DNA of 63,831 bases, filler included, from Sphacelaria rigidula (GCA_964200075.2; 8 parts of 8 records of this genome joined end to end with filler, not necessarily neighbours in it), one strand, 5' to 3'. Shown: positions 12,541 to 25,219, counted from the whole stretch's first letter. The notes: generated by a model not told the origin, from the sequence alone. Made by a program: numbers and translations.

Positions 12541-13139
12541 CGAGCTGGGCCAGCTTAAAAGCTGCTAAAACTTACTCATACCACAGCTTCCCTAGCTTCC
12601 CGAATGAACCCGATGTAAGCATATCACTACTGCGAAAAGTAGACCAACCTGGTGACACACCGCACCGCCGCTGAAGGAAAAAAATGAAAAAAATGTACTG
12701 CATAATGTGTAACCTTAACGACGAACGAAAAAAAAAGAGAATCTGTCCGGATTCGAACCCGTGACCTCCATAATTGGAGTCTCTCATCACTTGATTTATA
12801 GGGGTGCAGCAGCGTCACGAGAAATGTTAAACGCACGGCCCAATTCGACGAGTCTTGAGCTGAAATTTCAGGAAGACCTTCTGCGCCCATGGGACTGATA
12901 CTTCACGATTTCAGCTGCAGATTCTCCTTTTTTTCCTGGACTTACCGCATTATCTTGTTTTTGCTGAAATGTTAAATGGCCATAACTTCTTACTTTTATA
13001 TTTTTTTATTTGCTGGACCCGTGATCTTCTGCATTTTGATCATGAAAAGCTGCTGACAAGATTTCAGCGTCCAACTCCTGATATCGCGCCGTGCGTCGCC
13101 TGGGCGAGGTTCACACGTACTCTTGGCTGGCCCAGCTCG
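12541..13139 (+). mobile_element. Tc1/mariner-like MITE (~600 bp) with TA target duplication
   Basis: ta|CGAGCTGGGCCAGC ... GCTGGCCCAGCTCG|ta. Removing it restores the host mini-element sequence gagggta-gcccatctg. Confidence 0.85.
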
Positions 13140-13451
13140 TAGCCCATCTGAGTCATGTATTCCTTTTTCAAGCGAATAATATTGATGCCGATTCAGCAGG
13201 TGACCTATCCTCGCGCTCGAAGGTTTTACCCCTGGATAGCAAAAATAGGTCATCTGTTGAATCGGCATCAACTTCACTTGAGAAAGTATTCATGATCCAG
13301 ACGGGCTACCCTCGCCGTCCAAGCGTCAACCCCTTGACCGCGAGGGTAGATCAACTGCTCAATCGGCATCAATATTCACTTGAAAAAAGTACGCGTGATT
13401 CAGATGGGTTAGTCCCTTGGCCTCGAAGGTAGTCCATCTGGATCATGAACA

Positions 13452-13998
13452 CGACTTGAGCCAGCCAACAATGGATAGTTTTCTCGCTCAGGTGACGCAC
13501 TGCGTGAAATTGGGAGTTGGGCGCTTATATTTCGACAGCAGCTAATTGTGATCGACATGAGGATTTAAGATTTCAGAAAAAACAAAATAGCGTCGTGAGT
13601 TCAGGGAATAAACGAGAATCTGCAGCTTCTCCCGCAATGTATCATTTCCTTCGGTGCAGAAGGTCGTCGTGAAATTCCAGCCCAAGAATCGTCGAATTGG
13701 GCGGGGCATGGGGCATGGCACTTTTCGTGTGACACAGCCGCGCCCCTACAATTCAAGCGATGGGAGACTTGAAAAGTGGAGGTCATGAGTTCGAATCCCG
13801 ACATATTCTCGTTTTTTTTCGTCTAGAGTCAAGGTCATATACTACGCAGTACATTTTTTTGTTCATTCAGCGGCGGTGCCGTGTGTTACCAGGTTGGTCT
13901 GCACTTCACAGTGATCTGATTACATCGGGTTCATTCGGGAAACTGGGAAAACTGTAGTGTTGGACAACGTTTAGCCGCTTTTAAACCGGCCCAGCTCG
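13452..13998 (-). mobile_element. Second, inverted copy of the same MITE family
   Basis: Colinear reverse complement of 12541-13139 (e.g. aggttggtctgcac vs gtagaccaacct; catcgggttcattcgggaa vs ttcccgaatgaacccgatg). Ends ggcccagctcg|ta. Confidence 0.8.
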
Positions 13999-14394
13999 TA
14001 CTTATTTCGAGTGAAATAAAGCCGATTCAACTGATGACCAATGCTCGCCGTCGAAGGCTCGACCCTTTGACCGTGGCGAGCATAAGGCACCTGCTGAAAC
14101 GACATCAATATTATTTGAAAAGAGTGTGTGTGATCCAGATGGACTACCCGCATGCATCGCGGTCCAGGGGTTGGGGGTTAACGATGTGTAGTACAAAAAT
14201 ATGACAATCCGCCCCCTAGAGGGTGCAGTTCTAGCACCTGTGGTCATTGCAGCCTCATCTCTTGACGGGGCGGATGGAAAATTCATATCGTGCAAGCACG
14301 TCGGTGAGTCACACAGCTGTATGGCTCATCAGCTGTTGGTCGCTATGAGGCTCAGCTTAATCCAGTGGAGTTTACCAGTTGGTAGGCGTTGCAA

Positions 14395-14600
14395 TTCCCG
14401 ACTTGATTTTTTGTGCAGGCACCGAAATCCGAATCTTCGAGGGGGGTTGTGCCCATACAGTAGCGTGCGCAAAGCGCGTTTTTGTGAATCACCGCCGATC
14501 ATGGGTCTCACAGCGAACACTTTGCCTAGGGCACACTTTGCACCCCCCCCTGCCGGAGGGTTCTCGGTATGCCTTCGTTGGGGTAAAGGTGTAGACTAGC
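14395..14600 (-). repeat. Telomere-repeat-headed dispersed repeat family, copy 2
   Basis: Reverse complement ccccaacgaaggcataccgagaaccctccggcagggg...aaaaacgcgctttgcgcacgcta...gaagattcggatttcggtgcct matches 61800-61985. Confidence 0.7.
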
Positions 14601-14643
14601 GTCCAGAATAGGCGGAATGACAACCCTACCTCTCTCGTTCTCT

Positions 14644-14649
14644 CACACA

Positions 14650-14710
<61 letters not shown>

Positions 14711-14715
14711 ACACA
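14644..14715. repeat. (CA)n microsatellite
   Basis: About 70 bp of near-perfect CA repeats. Confidence 0.95.
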
Positions 14716-15140
14716 TGGCCCATCAGCTGTTGGTCGTTATGGGCAGCCCAACCACCCGATGCCTCGGGAGATTTTCAAGTCTTGGGATGAAACATCGCTC
14801 CGGGTGTCGAAGTTGGCGTAAGAACCTACCCGTATGGGTCTGTAGACCTGTCCAAGCTACGCAAAACTCACAAAACCGAGCTTCTCAACCGCCTGCAGCA
14901 CTCAAAGTTGTTTTAATGTTAGCCTAGCTCGTATACGTTCGTTTTCCCCGGTACGTCCTTCGCAAAACGTGCTTTTTCACATGAACGAAGTATCCCCCAG
15001 TTCTATGCAACGTTCCGCTGGTGAAGGTGTCGCTTGAATTGCAACCCGTTGGCCTCGTTCGATGCTGCACGCCCCAATATATTTTTCTTCCCGCCTACCC
15101 CCTCCCCTCTACTGTGGATTTATCACGTCATGTACAGGAC

Positions 15141-15255
15141 ATGTGTCGCCGCCACATCACCCTGAGCACTGTTGCTCTCGCCGCCTTGGGCTGCTTTTCT
15201 CCGCCAGGAGCCCGTGCTGATGACTATCTCAACGGGAAAATTGATGGATTCTTCG
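15141..15255 (+). CDS. Putative first coding exon of a secreted protein (signal peptide); remainder lies beyond the contig end
   Basis: MCRRHITLSTVALAALGCFSPPGARA/DDYLNGKIDGFF has a basic N-terminus, hydrophobic core and AxA cleavage site, followed by a strong donor G|gtaagt. Confidence 0.55.
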
Positions 15256-16344
15256 GTAAGTAGTGCGCGTGCGCTGTCCATCGGTGGGGTTAGCTTGAGC
15301 TTCTTGATGTGTCTAAGCACGTGGCCGATACCAAAAGAAAGTCTACACACCGGGTAGTGATACATACTGATTTCTACTTAGAGCTCTAACCCTTTTGGGA
15401 CCGGACCCCCACGAACACAGAGTTGACCCTGTGTTAGTGGAACAATAAAAAATAAGTCTTCGAGCGACCCATCCAATCACAGCGAGGCGAAATTTATCGA
15501 CCACATCCGAACGACCAGCGCGGGGATTGTTGTCGGATGTGATACCACTGCAAAGATCGTGTGGAGCTATATCCCTGGCCCAGATAAGCCTTCCCAGGTT
15601 TCCAAGTGCAGGGCGGTCGCAGCTTGGTTTTATGGTATTACTTATACTCAGTATTCCGTTCCCGAGTTTTTCCGGGGTGTTTTTGGGGTCCCAGATCTAT
15701 ACTAGAACGTAGTTATTTACGCTAACACAGCGTGGGCCGGAAAAAACCAGGAAGGAGTGTACATGCTACAATGTGGTCGTTTTCACGAGGCATACAATCC
15801 AGGTGGGCTGTGGAAAGACAAAGAGGAGCTACCGTAATGAGTTCTGCGTATCCCTCTGCCGATTACTTGCAGTGTGCAGTCAACANNNNNNNNNNNNNNN
15901 NNNNNNNNNNNNNNNNNNNNNNNNNNNNNTTAATTAATTAANNNNNNNNNNNNNNNNNNNNNNNNNNNNNNNNNNNNNNNNNNNNTGGGCAATCGGGCCG
16001 AAGAAATCGTGAATTTGGTGATTTTGAGTCGTGATGATTTGTCCTAACCGTGCAACGTTATGTCTCTCATCCAAACAGCTATTTCGAACTCTCCCCCGAA
16101 GTAGTCACGCCGACAACGGCCACCTGTCCCACAGGGTGCCGTAGCGGTTGTGAGATGCTCGGCATCAACAACCAGTACATGTACTCCCGGTACATTGGGA
16201 TACTCTACTCTGCAAAAACCGTTCGGGCTCACGGCACCTGGCGTTCGTCATACCCTTTGGTACCTTTTTTCTCCCGCAGCATGTTGGCTACTCTGATTCG
16301 TAGTTTTCGTATGCGTGTTGCGTGATGATGGTTGATGCGCGCAG

Positions 16345-16472
16345 ATGTCGTGGTTCTTGTTGGCGAGAACTGCGGAAGACATGAAGGCCTGGATGTTTGC
16401 CATCAACCGAGAGGCGCGCGACTTGTTCCAAAAGAAGAACGACATCCCGGACAGCGACTACTGGGATAAGGG
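16345..16472 (+). CDS. PH-domain / SH3b-like repeat protein, first visible exon (C-terminal part of PH domain; 5'-partial)
   Basis: gcag|...gg|gtgag. MSWFLLARTAEDMKAWMFAINREARDLF matches the last PH strand plus the terminal helix with its conserved Trp. Phase 2 fits the next exon. Confidence 0.75.
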
Positions 16473-16903
16473 GTGAGGTTGAGTCCTCGTGCTTGACCCC
16501 GCTCCAACCGTTTGCTGGCTTGCTGCTGATGTCCCCACCTTACTCGTGTCCTCACCTTCGACAGAGCAGAGACAGGGACTTCCGTCAGCGTGTCGTATCT
16601 TTGATTCTTTGATACGTTTCGGAACGGTCTGTACTGCGGTGTCCACGGCTATTTTGTCGATTTCAGTAACGACGTCTGGGTCACATGAGTCGAAGATGTT
16701 GTTCCCGTGATTATATTTCCGGATATCGTCCTCGTTTTCCCACGACGAGCACGTGGAGGTTGCACTGACTGTACTGACATGTTGATGTTGTTGCTGTGTT
16801 CTGTTCCGAAGTCACCGTGGTGTTTCGGTTCCACACCGTATGCGCGCGGGGCCTTCCTGATATTATTTTTTCTTCGTTTTCGACACATGCATGTGTGCGC
16901 CAG

Positions 16904-17237
16904 GCGCAAGGGCCGCTTCTTTTACCGCATGGTCGAAGGCGCAACGCCCCAGTGGATCCTGACCTTCCCTACTCCAAAGGCGCCGCGGACGGGGGACGGG
17001 TTGTTCCCGGGAGAGGTAATCGAGGTCATGCAGGTACTCGTCGCCGATGACCTGACGTACCTGCGTCTCGCCAACGACAGGGGGTGGACGTACGCAAGGA
17101 GCCCCACCGACGGCAGTGTTCTGTTCGAGGATTACGCCGGGAGTGTTTCGGAAGATAAGGAAGTGTATTCTTTCCCCTCCGGAGGCAGGGGCGTTGTGCC
17201 GATTTTGCACGGGCCTGGGCTCCGCACACAGACTACG
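16904..17237 (+). CDS. PH / SH3b-like repeat protein, exon 2
   Basis: ccag|g...acg|gtgagt. TFPTPKAPRTGDGLFPGEVIEVMQ...TYLRLANDRGWT resembles an SH3b-like repeat; codons are GC3-rich. Confidence 0.8.
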
Positions 17238-18340
17238 GTGAGTGGGGGTAGGATGTTGTTGAGCACGGTGCAAGCAATAAAAGTTGTGGCCTCTTCTTTT
17301 CTAATAACTCTATTTGGACCGGAGTGGACTAGTCGGAGGGTGAGGTCCTTTCGTGGTTTTTCATCATTTTCGATTGAAAGCGACTGAAAATGACGGCCAA
17401 TGCACAAGTGGACCCTGCGTGCAGACCATGTTCCCACCCGTTGTTTATTGGAGGTTTGGTCCCAGGAGAGTTGATGACGCCATGCGAAGTCCATGTTTTC
17501 CTTGCTTTTCTATTTGCATGTATGTGTCATGTTCCATGTCTCGCTATTGCTTATTAAATATGTCGCAATCGTGCAACCCCGCGCCGGTATAGTTGCCGGC
17601 GTTGAGTGTACAGGCCGTGCCCACCTCACATATAGTAATCTGTTTGGCGTAAGGCTCGAGTTTTTATCACCTCCTTCTGCTACCAAGAGGCACTGCATGA
17701 TTTTGGGTGTAGGGTTCTTATTCAGTCATGACATTTGAGCCCGTGTTCTCATGTCACGTCTGGCTCAAGTTTTTGATTTGGACATTCTTGATCAAGCGGT
17801 GGCGATACCAAGCGGTGGCGATACCTGTGCTGCGCGTGTTTTCTTGGGGGACCTACCTTCATCTGTGTTTGTGTCGTGACTCTCGCTGCATGCTGATGCT
17901 GTTGCCGCCGGTAGTGTCCGGCATGCCCTCCGCCATCATACAACTGTTGCCTTCGTGCTTGTCGTTGTGTGCTGTGGTGTCGAGCGAGGTTTTGATTTGT
18001 GAGTGCTGCACACCCTCCCAACCCAAACCCCTGCAGTAGTTCTCCATGGATTGTGAAGTGTAAAGTTTCTGTGGAGATTTGATTGAACGACCGTAACCTG
18101 GACGGAGGATTGCTAGCGTTGCAATCGCACTAGTAAGACGGGCATGACAACCTTCAGTTGACGTTGGTTGTACTCCAAAGCATTCTGTTTTGTCCGCTTC
18201 GTTTCCTGCGTTGTGCTGTCTGGTGAGAACGGTTTTCACTGTCATATCTTTTCACCCATTTTGTATGTGTTATTTTTTTGGCGCGATCCTTCCGTGCCTT
18301 CCTGTGATTCCTCTCGTCCATGTGTCTGTGTCGACACCAG

Positions 18341-18517
18341 GAAATGAACGTGAAGCCTGGAGATAGGGTGAAGGCGACAGATCGGTTCACCCCTTTGGAG
18401 GATGACGGTGTGGTTTTCGTAAAGTTGGAAGATAGCCGTGGCTGGATTCCCATCAAACTGAGTGTGCGCGGCCCCCAGACAGTCCTGCGTGGTTGGGGCA
18501 AGCCAAAGAAACGCTAA
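18341..18517 (+). CDS. PH / SH3b-like repeat protein, last exon
   Basis: ccag| acceptor, phase 0. EMNVKPGDRVKATDRF...VVFVKLEDSRGWIPI completes a second repeat; TAA stop. Confidence 0.8.
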   Translation, partial: EMNVKPGDRVKATDRFTPLEDDGVVFVKLEDSRGWIPIKLSVRGPQTVLRGWGKPKKR

Positions 18518-21500
18518 CCGCGTTGTTTATCCCTTTGTTTTGTCAGGGGGAATCTTTTCTCCTGATATGCTGTACGTTTGAGGTTTTTGCGTCGAAACCC
18601 GTGGATATTTGGGTATCATCACCTGGTATTTGCCATGTCATTTTATTTTTTACTTCTAGATAATGAATATATAGATGGCGTCCCCTTCGCAGGGTAAGGA
18701 GGAAAGCGCGATGGTTGTTATGTGGCGGCGCGGTTTTTGAAGGGTAGGGGGGTGGGGGACGGAGTGACGATTTTGTTGGATCCTTTGGCTGCGGCTGTTG
18801 GTTTTTTTGGTCGATGTATGCTATTTTACAGATCGTGAAAGTTGACTAGCGTTATCGGGGAAGGGAGGGCTGCAAGGGGGGGCGGTGTTTCGGACCACTT
18901 TTTGGACGGGAGACCTATTTTGAAGTGTCGCTGTACACCGGTAAACTTTCGTTCGAATGCTCCCGACATCAACGGAACGCGTTCATGCCCCTTGGTGCTA
19001 CTGTCATGCCACCATGTACGAGGCGGAGGCGAGTGTGTGTTGGTGTGGGGTTACCTCACCAATTATTTTTTTCCCATGTAGTAGGCGTCCCCTCCCCATT
19101 TTGGGATCGCTCAGCAGTGCTTTGTATTGTGAGCGCTCGTGCAAGGCCTCGTGAGTAGTGATGTAGTGTGGTACCCCCCCCCCCCCCCGAGCTGAGCCGT
19201 GCGGGGTATTGGGCTGCTTTGGCTGTGCCGACGTTTGATGTGTTTGCGATCGCAGTTGTTTGCTGCCGTTCGTGGTTACTTGCGTTTCTGCCTGCTTTTG
19301 GGCGTGGCAGCCGGGTAGCTACGGAGACGAGCGCGTCGAGGGGCGCTGTTGGCTTCGTGGCAGAATACAGGCCCAGCACATTTGGCTTGAACTCGTCATC
19401 CAACAGTATGTTGGGTTCAGGCACAGCTGAGGTGATGTGCGCCCGTGTTCGTGTGTCGAATTTCTTGTCTTGTAATCGCTAATCCCCCTTTTTATTTTTA
19501 TTTATCGTGTTCCCTTCCTTGTTGTTCGTATCCGTGTGTGGTGTGTTCTCGTGGGATGTAGCTGCTGTATGGTGTTTGGAATTTGTTTAGATTCATATCC
19601 ATATGATATCCTCGGCGTTGCAAAAACGCGCTAGATGAATGTCTTCCTCCCGTCTTGTTTTTTCGGTAGCATTTATCGTGTGTGTGTGTTGATGCGTTCG
19701 TTCGCCTGGTGTTGTTTTTATCGCGTGTGCCGAAACGGACACGGTGTGTCATCCTCAGAGGAAGCAAGCACACAACAGAGGCGATTTCTTAACACGAGAC
19801 GTAGACACGCAGGCGAGGGGGGGTTGGAGCAGTGCTGAGGGTTCGTGTACGGTATTTAGGTCCACACAAGATTACTGTCCACCCCCGCTTGGGAGACTAA
19901 ATACGAACAAAGATTTTTACGCTGGAAAAAAGGGCTAAAGTGTGGGGCACACGCACCAAGCAAGTGGGTGCTATATAGCATATTTTATATAATATATACC
20001 AATTTCTAGCCCTCAGGCTAAATGGGTGCAACGGCTAGGGGGAAAACCGATGATCCTGCTCGTACAAATTTGAAGAGAGATGCATAGGTGGGGTGACGAC
20101 CCTGCCCATCGAAAGAGATGGGTAGTATGGTGACCCTATGCGTTGTGCGTCCCCTTTTTTACCTAGACCTCGTGAGCGGAAGAGAGAGACCCCTGTTTCT
20201 GCTTTCCGCGCGCGCCGCGTGTGCTTGTGTTCATGTGTGTAATTATAGGATTTTGCTTTGCTGTTGTCCATGGGGACGGCGTGTAAATGCAGAGGGCGAT
20301 GGGGCGTTGGGGTATGAACCAATAACGGAGGATGTTTCTAATTTGTGCGTTTTTAATGTGTGGCATATGACGGCGTAGAAGTATCGCCGGCAGACGAGTT
20401 GTGGCGCTGCAAAGGGTTTTTGAGGACAGGGGAGTTGTTGGTGAAAGGGCAGCCAGACGGGCTAGAGTGTTTATTCGTTCGTTCCCCCTTTTGGTCCGTG
20501 TGCTCCCTTGCGTGTTGAGTGCGTATACATATTCAAGTATATATTCCTGGATGACTGAGTTTTTTACTTTTTCATGGTGTGTCGTCATTTTCTCTTGTTG
20601 CCCGAGTGCTGAAACCTGGAGGACCGAAAAGAGCCGACGAAAAAACTTGATGTGATGGCATCAGAAGGACTGCGACCTTGAAATATCTTCTGTATCTTAT
20701 TCACCTCCCCTTTGATCGTCACAATTTATTTATTTTTCTTGCCTCATCTCGGTTTTATCCCCGGCAACGTTGAGAGAGTAGCACACTCGCCGATTCCCCC
20801 TCGGATGTATGTTTGAATCCTGGTTTTGTGGGTTGATGTAGGACTTCTTTCGATGTGGTCTGATGTTTCTCTGCGGCAGGTGCGCTGCATCAAGATATCA
20901 AGATGTACCCATGCGCACGAAAAAAAAAATCTCGCCGAACGTGTTCATTTTGTCACGGCGGTGACAACCGTTGCGTTATATTTCGCAGTCAGTCTGTCAC
21001 CCGGTCTAGGGCCCGACCAATCACATGAAAAAAAGTCTTGATTTTTTCTCCCCGTCAGTTCTGTCGAAATGAAACCTTGACGTATTCGATTTTTCTACTT
21101 TTCATGCCTTTTTTAGTCGCTTTTTTTTCTACTTTTTTTTTTCTTCTTCTATTTTCCCCTATTCCACCCCCCCCTTTGGAAATACGTGTTAGCGGTTGGA
21201 GTTGGCGGGGATCGGTGGCCTGAGTTCCACCTTTGTACGATGTTGGATCCTGTGTTGTATATGATAGTCTTGACGGGTCGACAAAAGAAACCTACTCTTC
21301 GGTTATCTCGGCTTATGTGCGATATTAGGCCGAGAACGCGTACCAGCTACCGCGTTGTTTGTATTTTTTCATCTGGAACTACTGTCCGCAAGGTGAACTG
21401 GGGGGCGAGGTGGGAGGGTGAGGCAGATACCAAGGTCAGTAGACTCAAATATAGTATATGAGGCCGGTTGAGAATTTTTTTTGGACCATGACTGCAGATA

Positions 21501-24040
21501 TGTACGTACATTAGGTGGTTGTCATGGTTGGCAAAAAGCGGAATATGGCTCGATAAAATGGATGTGAAATGAACTGCGATATAGTAGTCATGATCCCCTG
21601 CAGCAGTCGCGAGCAGCGCCATGATCTAGTATCGATTGATCGCAAGAAAAGCAAAGATAAGTGGTCCGTGCACGACCTAGTTTTTCCGTTGATGATACAA
21701 TATTGTGTCAGTGAGGAAGCTGCCACCGTCCTACCCCAACCTGGTCGTATGTCGCAGCCTACAAAAAAATGAGCGAGAACGCTGTTAATGGATCTGGTCT
21801 GTCTTTGCGGTAGGTCAGCGCGGTCCGATCATTGTTCCGAAATGTAATCAAGCCAAAGCAGGGGAAGAAAGTCGGCGAACTGGTACTGTTGAAGTGCGGT
21901 CACTAACGCAATGTGTAAGGCTGCCGATGGAGGCAGGAACTGTGTGTATAGTAATACGCGGAATATTCCGTAAAAGCTGATGCGTATATCGCTGGTTATT
22001 TGGAGAAAGTGGCGAAAGACTGAGTGTTTTTTTCTCTTGCCGTTGTGAAGGGAGTTGTGAGGGCTGGTGAGCATAGGCAAGTATGCGCTCTTTTGGAGCC
22101 GGGCGTTGTTGATTATTATGTGTGTGAGAAGTGCGGATGTAGGTGTGTGTATTCGTGTTTTGTTTTGTACTGTAGGCCTTTTATCGGGAGATGTTTTTCG
22201 TGTATCGTACCGTTTTTGCCCTCCTCATTTGAAATGTTGATTGACTGGCTACTGCTTGACTCCGCTTCGTTGTTTTTTGGGGGGCCCATTCGAGCCCTTC
22301 CCGTCTTGAAAAATTAGTACAAGATTTTGCAGGTTTTCAACCTGTAGAAGAGGTCGACTTATATATACACATATACGTCATCATTATCATACATTAGACC
22401 TCAGTTGCCAGACGTATTTTCGGAACAACATCGCAAGCGCAGCAGCTCCCACGTTCGTGTTCTCCGAGAACCAGTTCTGTGGTGGTCATCGCTCAATAGA
22501 AGGTTTTTTCTTCCAAGTATTTTCCATTGTACACTGAGAATGTCTTGTTTTTTTACGCCAGTAGCTGCTCAAGGGGCCACTTGTTTGACTACGGGTCGGT
22601 CCACATGAGAACGTTTTGCTGAGATTGAGAGTAGAGCGCCGATGGAGAGTGGCGTCGGTAATTCGCATAAACCTGGCAAATTCTTCATTCCGGGTGTGTT
22701 TTCCTATGCCGCCATCACTGGCGTGTGTTGACAGCTACACGCCGATATCCTACTGGGGAATATCAGGGGCCTCGGTGACATGCTACTACAGAAAGCAAAT
22801 CGGGCCTCGTGGAGGGGCATTTCGGAACTGAAACGGCTTATTCACTAATTGACCGCTTTTCACTCTCAATACCATGAAAATGTTATGGGTCCACGTCTAC
22901 CAATGCTCCATGTCGCGTTTGGAGATTTGGAGTGTTGTGAACAACTGCTCCTCTTGCGCTGAGGATTCCATGTTGCTCCCCACCTGGAAGGATGGAACTC
23001 TTTCCATCCGATTCCGAGAAACCAGGAACTAGCTCGGTGAAACCGACACCTGCACAGCAAAACAAAAAATATTTGACATGTTCCGAGAACAACGATTGTC
23101 CACTCTTCCTTTATGCTAGGACGAGGAGTACGAAAAGAGGTTCCAAGAGTGACGATCATCCCCGTCACCCTCACTAGTTGAGATGAATTTGGGAACACTC
23201 GGAACCAAATATGGACCTGAAGAAAAATATGTGCATGAACCACTGACAACGTTAAATTCGTTTAACGTCTACTCGTACGTTGGAGTTTCGAATCTGAGCC
23301 AGTCCTGGCCTGGCGGGGCGGTTTACCACCTATGAAACAGCAGTCAGTGCGCATTGCCAAGTCCGCCCCTATACCGTGGCATCCAGTCGATGAAAGGATC
23401 AGATTTCCGATTCTTTGGGTTCTATCCCCCCAATGTCATGCTGTCGGGGAGATCTTGCCCACGTTGCTCTAGAATTAATTGTTCATTTCCATGGGTGGTT
23501 AAAATTGATACAGCATATAAAATACAGATGGGTTGCGCCAGTAAGTGTACATCCCACCTGTGTATTATCTGGACCCACTGATCATTTATTTGGATCAAGT
23601 ACGGCTGCTGTTCATCCCTTGAATACCGCTTTGTCAGTCTGATACTCGAGACAACAGCATAGACTACTCGATTTTGAGCTGCAGATATATGAAGATCAAC
23701 TTACCCGGGATAAGCGTTCAAAACACGGGATTTTGCAAACTGGGGATGGATTTTTTATCGGGGATGAGAACCCGGAGAATTCAAATCTTCTTCGGAGTCA
23801 TCCTACGATAGGGGTGGGGGTATTTGGTTAAAAGAAAAAAGAGGCTCATAAGTGTGTTAGGCATCCTTCCACACTTGNNNNNNNNNNNNNNNNNNNNNNN
23901 NNNNNNNNNNNNNNNNNNNNNTTAATTAATTAANNNNNNNNNNNNNNNNNNNNNNNNNNNNNNNNNNNNNNNNNNNNTCTGAGTGGGTGTCGTGGGGGGG
24001 GCGGGTGCCCTGGCGGGGCGCTGTGGGGGGGGGGGGGGGG

Positions 24041-24302
24041 AATTCCCATTTGTTGCCCGCCTTAGTCGTTAGACCATTGACCACGCATCCCTTTCGAGAT
24101 GGAGCACCGTTCCTACTCCTGTTAGATACACCTTCAACATTTAGGCGATCATTACATTTCTTCCACACATTATACAAAGACCTTTTACATATCTTACCCC
24201 CTTCCTGATTCGCCGTCTGTGGCCACCATCTATCTCGTAGAGTACCGATCGTTCTCTCCCTACTACCGTCAAGTGTATCAAACGTTTTCACGCCACCTTC
24301 TG
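24041..24302 (-). mobile_element. Non-LTR retrotransposon 3' fragment, family A
   Basis: Encodes FDTLDGSRERTIGTLRDRWWPQ...SRNGAPSRKGCVVNGLTTKAGNK. G-runs on both sides (about 24025-24040 and 24304-24310). Confidence 0.8.
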
Positions 24303-24894
24303 AGGGGGGGAGGGATACGTATCGAAAAGCCCAAGTATAAATAACACCTCATTTAAGGACTGTCGTATACATTTGTAGAATCTTATATGACATCACGTAG
24401 AGATTATTTTACGAGTTGAAACATGCGGATCGAACTCATACAGTAGTGCTACACACACTCGAACTTTGACGGGAAAGCTTTCACGAAGTCTATGGATATG
24501 CTGTGTTCGCCTGTGGACATATATATATATATATATATAGATATATATATAGATGTGTGTGCATCGCTGTCTTTTGTCTTTCGTGGTTTCCGATGTATGA
24601 TTTCATCTCACAATTTCAGGTCGACCAGCGGCACACGCCAGGTGTTTTGTGACAGGGCGGAGCCACTCGCGAGGCTTGCATGCGAGAACCAGCAGTACAG
24701 CATAATTCCGCGCATCCCTAACTATGGCAGCATGCCAAAAATTCCACAATACGATTCACACAGTCCTCGCGTCAAAACAACCGTTACGTTCACATCTTTA
24801 ATGGAAGGGAAGCGGCCTCATAGGACGGAGTGTCCGAAAAAAAAAAGGTCCGTCTTCATCTCCGAAATTCGAGAAACATATTATGAAGATCATA

Positions 24895-25219
24895 TTTGAA
24901 AATGAATGAGGTTGAACGTTAAAATGAGTTTCAATTTTCAACTCCAAAGCAGTGTCGTCCCTGATGTAAAGTCACGACAAATGGCTTTCACACGGACGAC
25001 CTCATGGCCCCTCGACCTCCCTGAAACAATTTTTGGGGGGCGTTGTGTTGGACATTATTTTGGGAAATGGAACACGGGAAATCCCCAGAAGTAGTTCGAG
25101 GGAGGTCGGTGGGCATGAGGCCATCCATATGAAAGTCATAGCAAATGACTTTGGGTCAGGAAAGCACTGTTGTTTCAGAGCTGAAACTTATTTTAATGTT
25201 CAACCTCATATTTTCGAAA
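24895..25219. repeat. ~325-bp imperfect foldback (hairpin or MITE)
   Basis: atgaggttgaacgttaaaatgagtttca pairs with tgaaacttattttaatgttcaacctcat; cctcatg...cgacctccc pairs with gggaggtcg...catgagg. Confidence 0.8.

Larger units (their letters stand above)
11960..14181. repeat. Array of ~100-bp palindromic piggyBac-like mini-elements, interrupted by two MITEs
   Basis: Repeated units CCCTTGACCGCGAGGGTAG-tcatctgttgaatcggcatcaatttcacttgaaaaag...gatccagatgga-CTACCCTCGCGGTC(A)AGGG in both orientations, with TTAA/TCAA junctions. Confidence 0.8.

Noticed and set aside
15141-18517. Joining the signal-peptide exon to the PH/SH3b exons as one gene
   Set aside because: They lie on different contigs across an artificial spacer, and the splice phases (1 vs 0) do not match.
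21830-21945. PASIGSLTH resembling a leucine-rich-repeat exon
   Set aside because: The LxxLxLxxN consensus does not continue and there are no neighbouring repeats.
22600-23810. Series of minus-strand splice-site-bounded segments suggesting a gene
   Set aside because: The best-bounded segment (about 23705-23800) has stops in all frames and no recognisable domain. It cannot be linked to 26559-26771 across the spacer.
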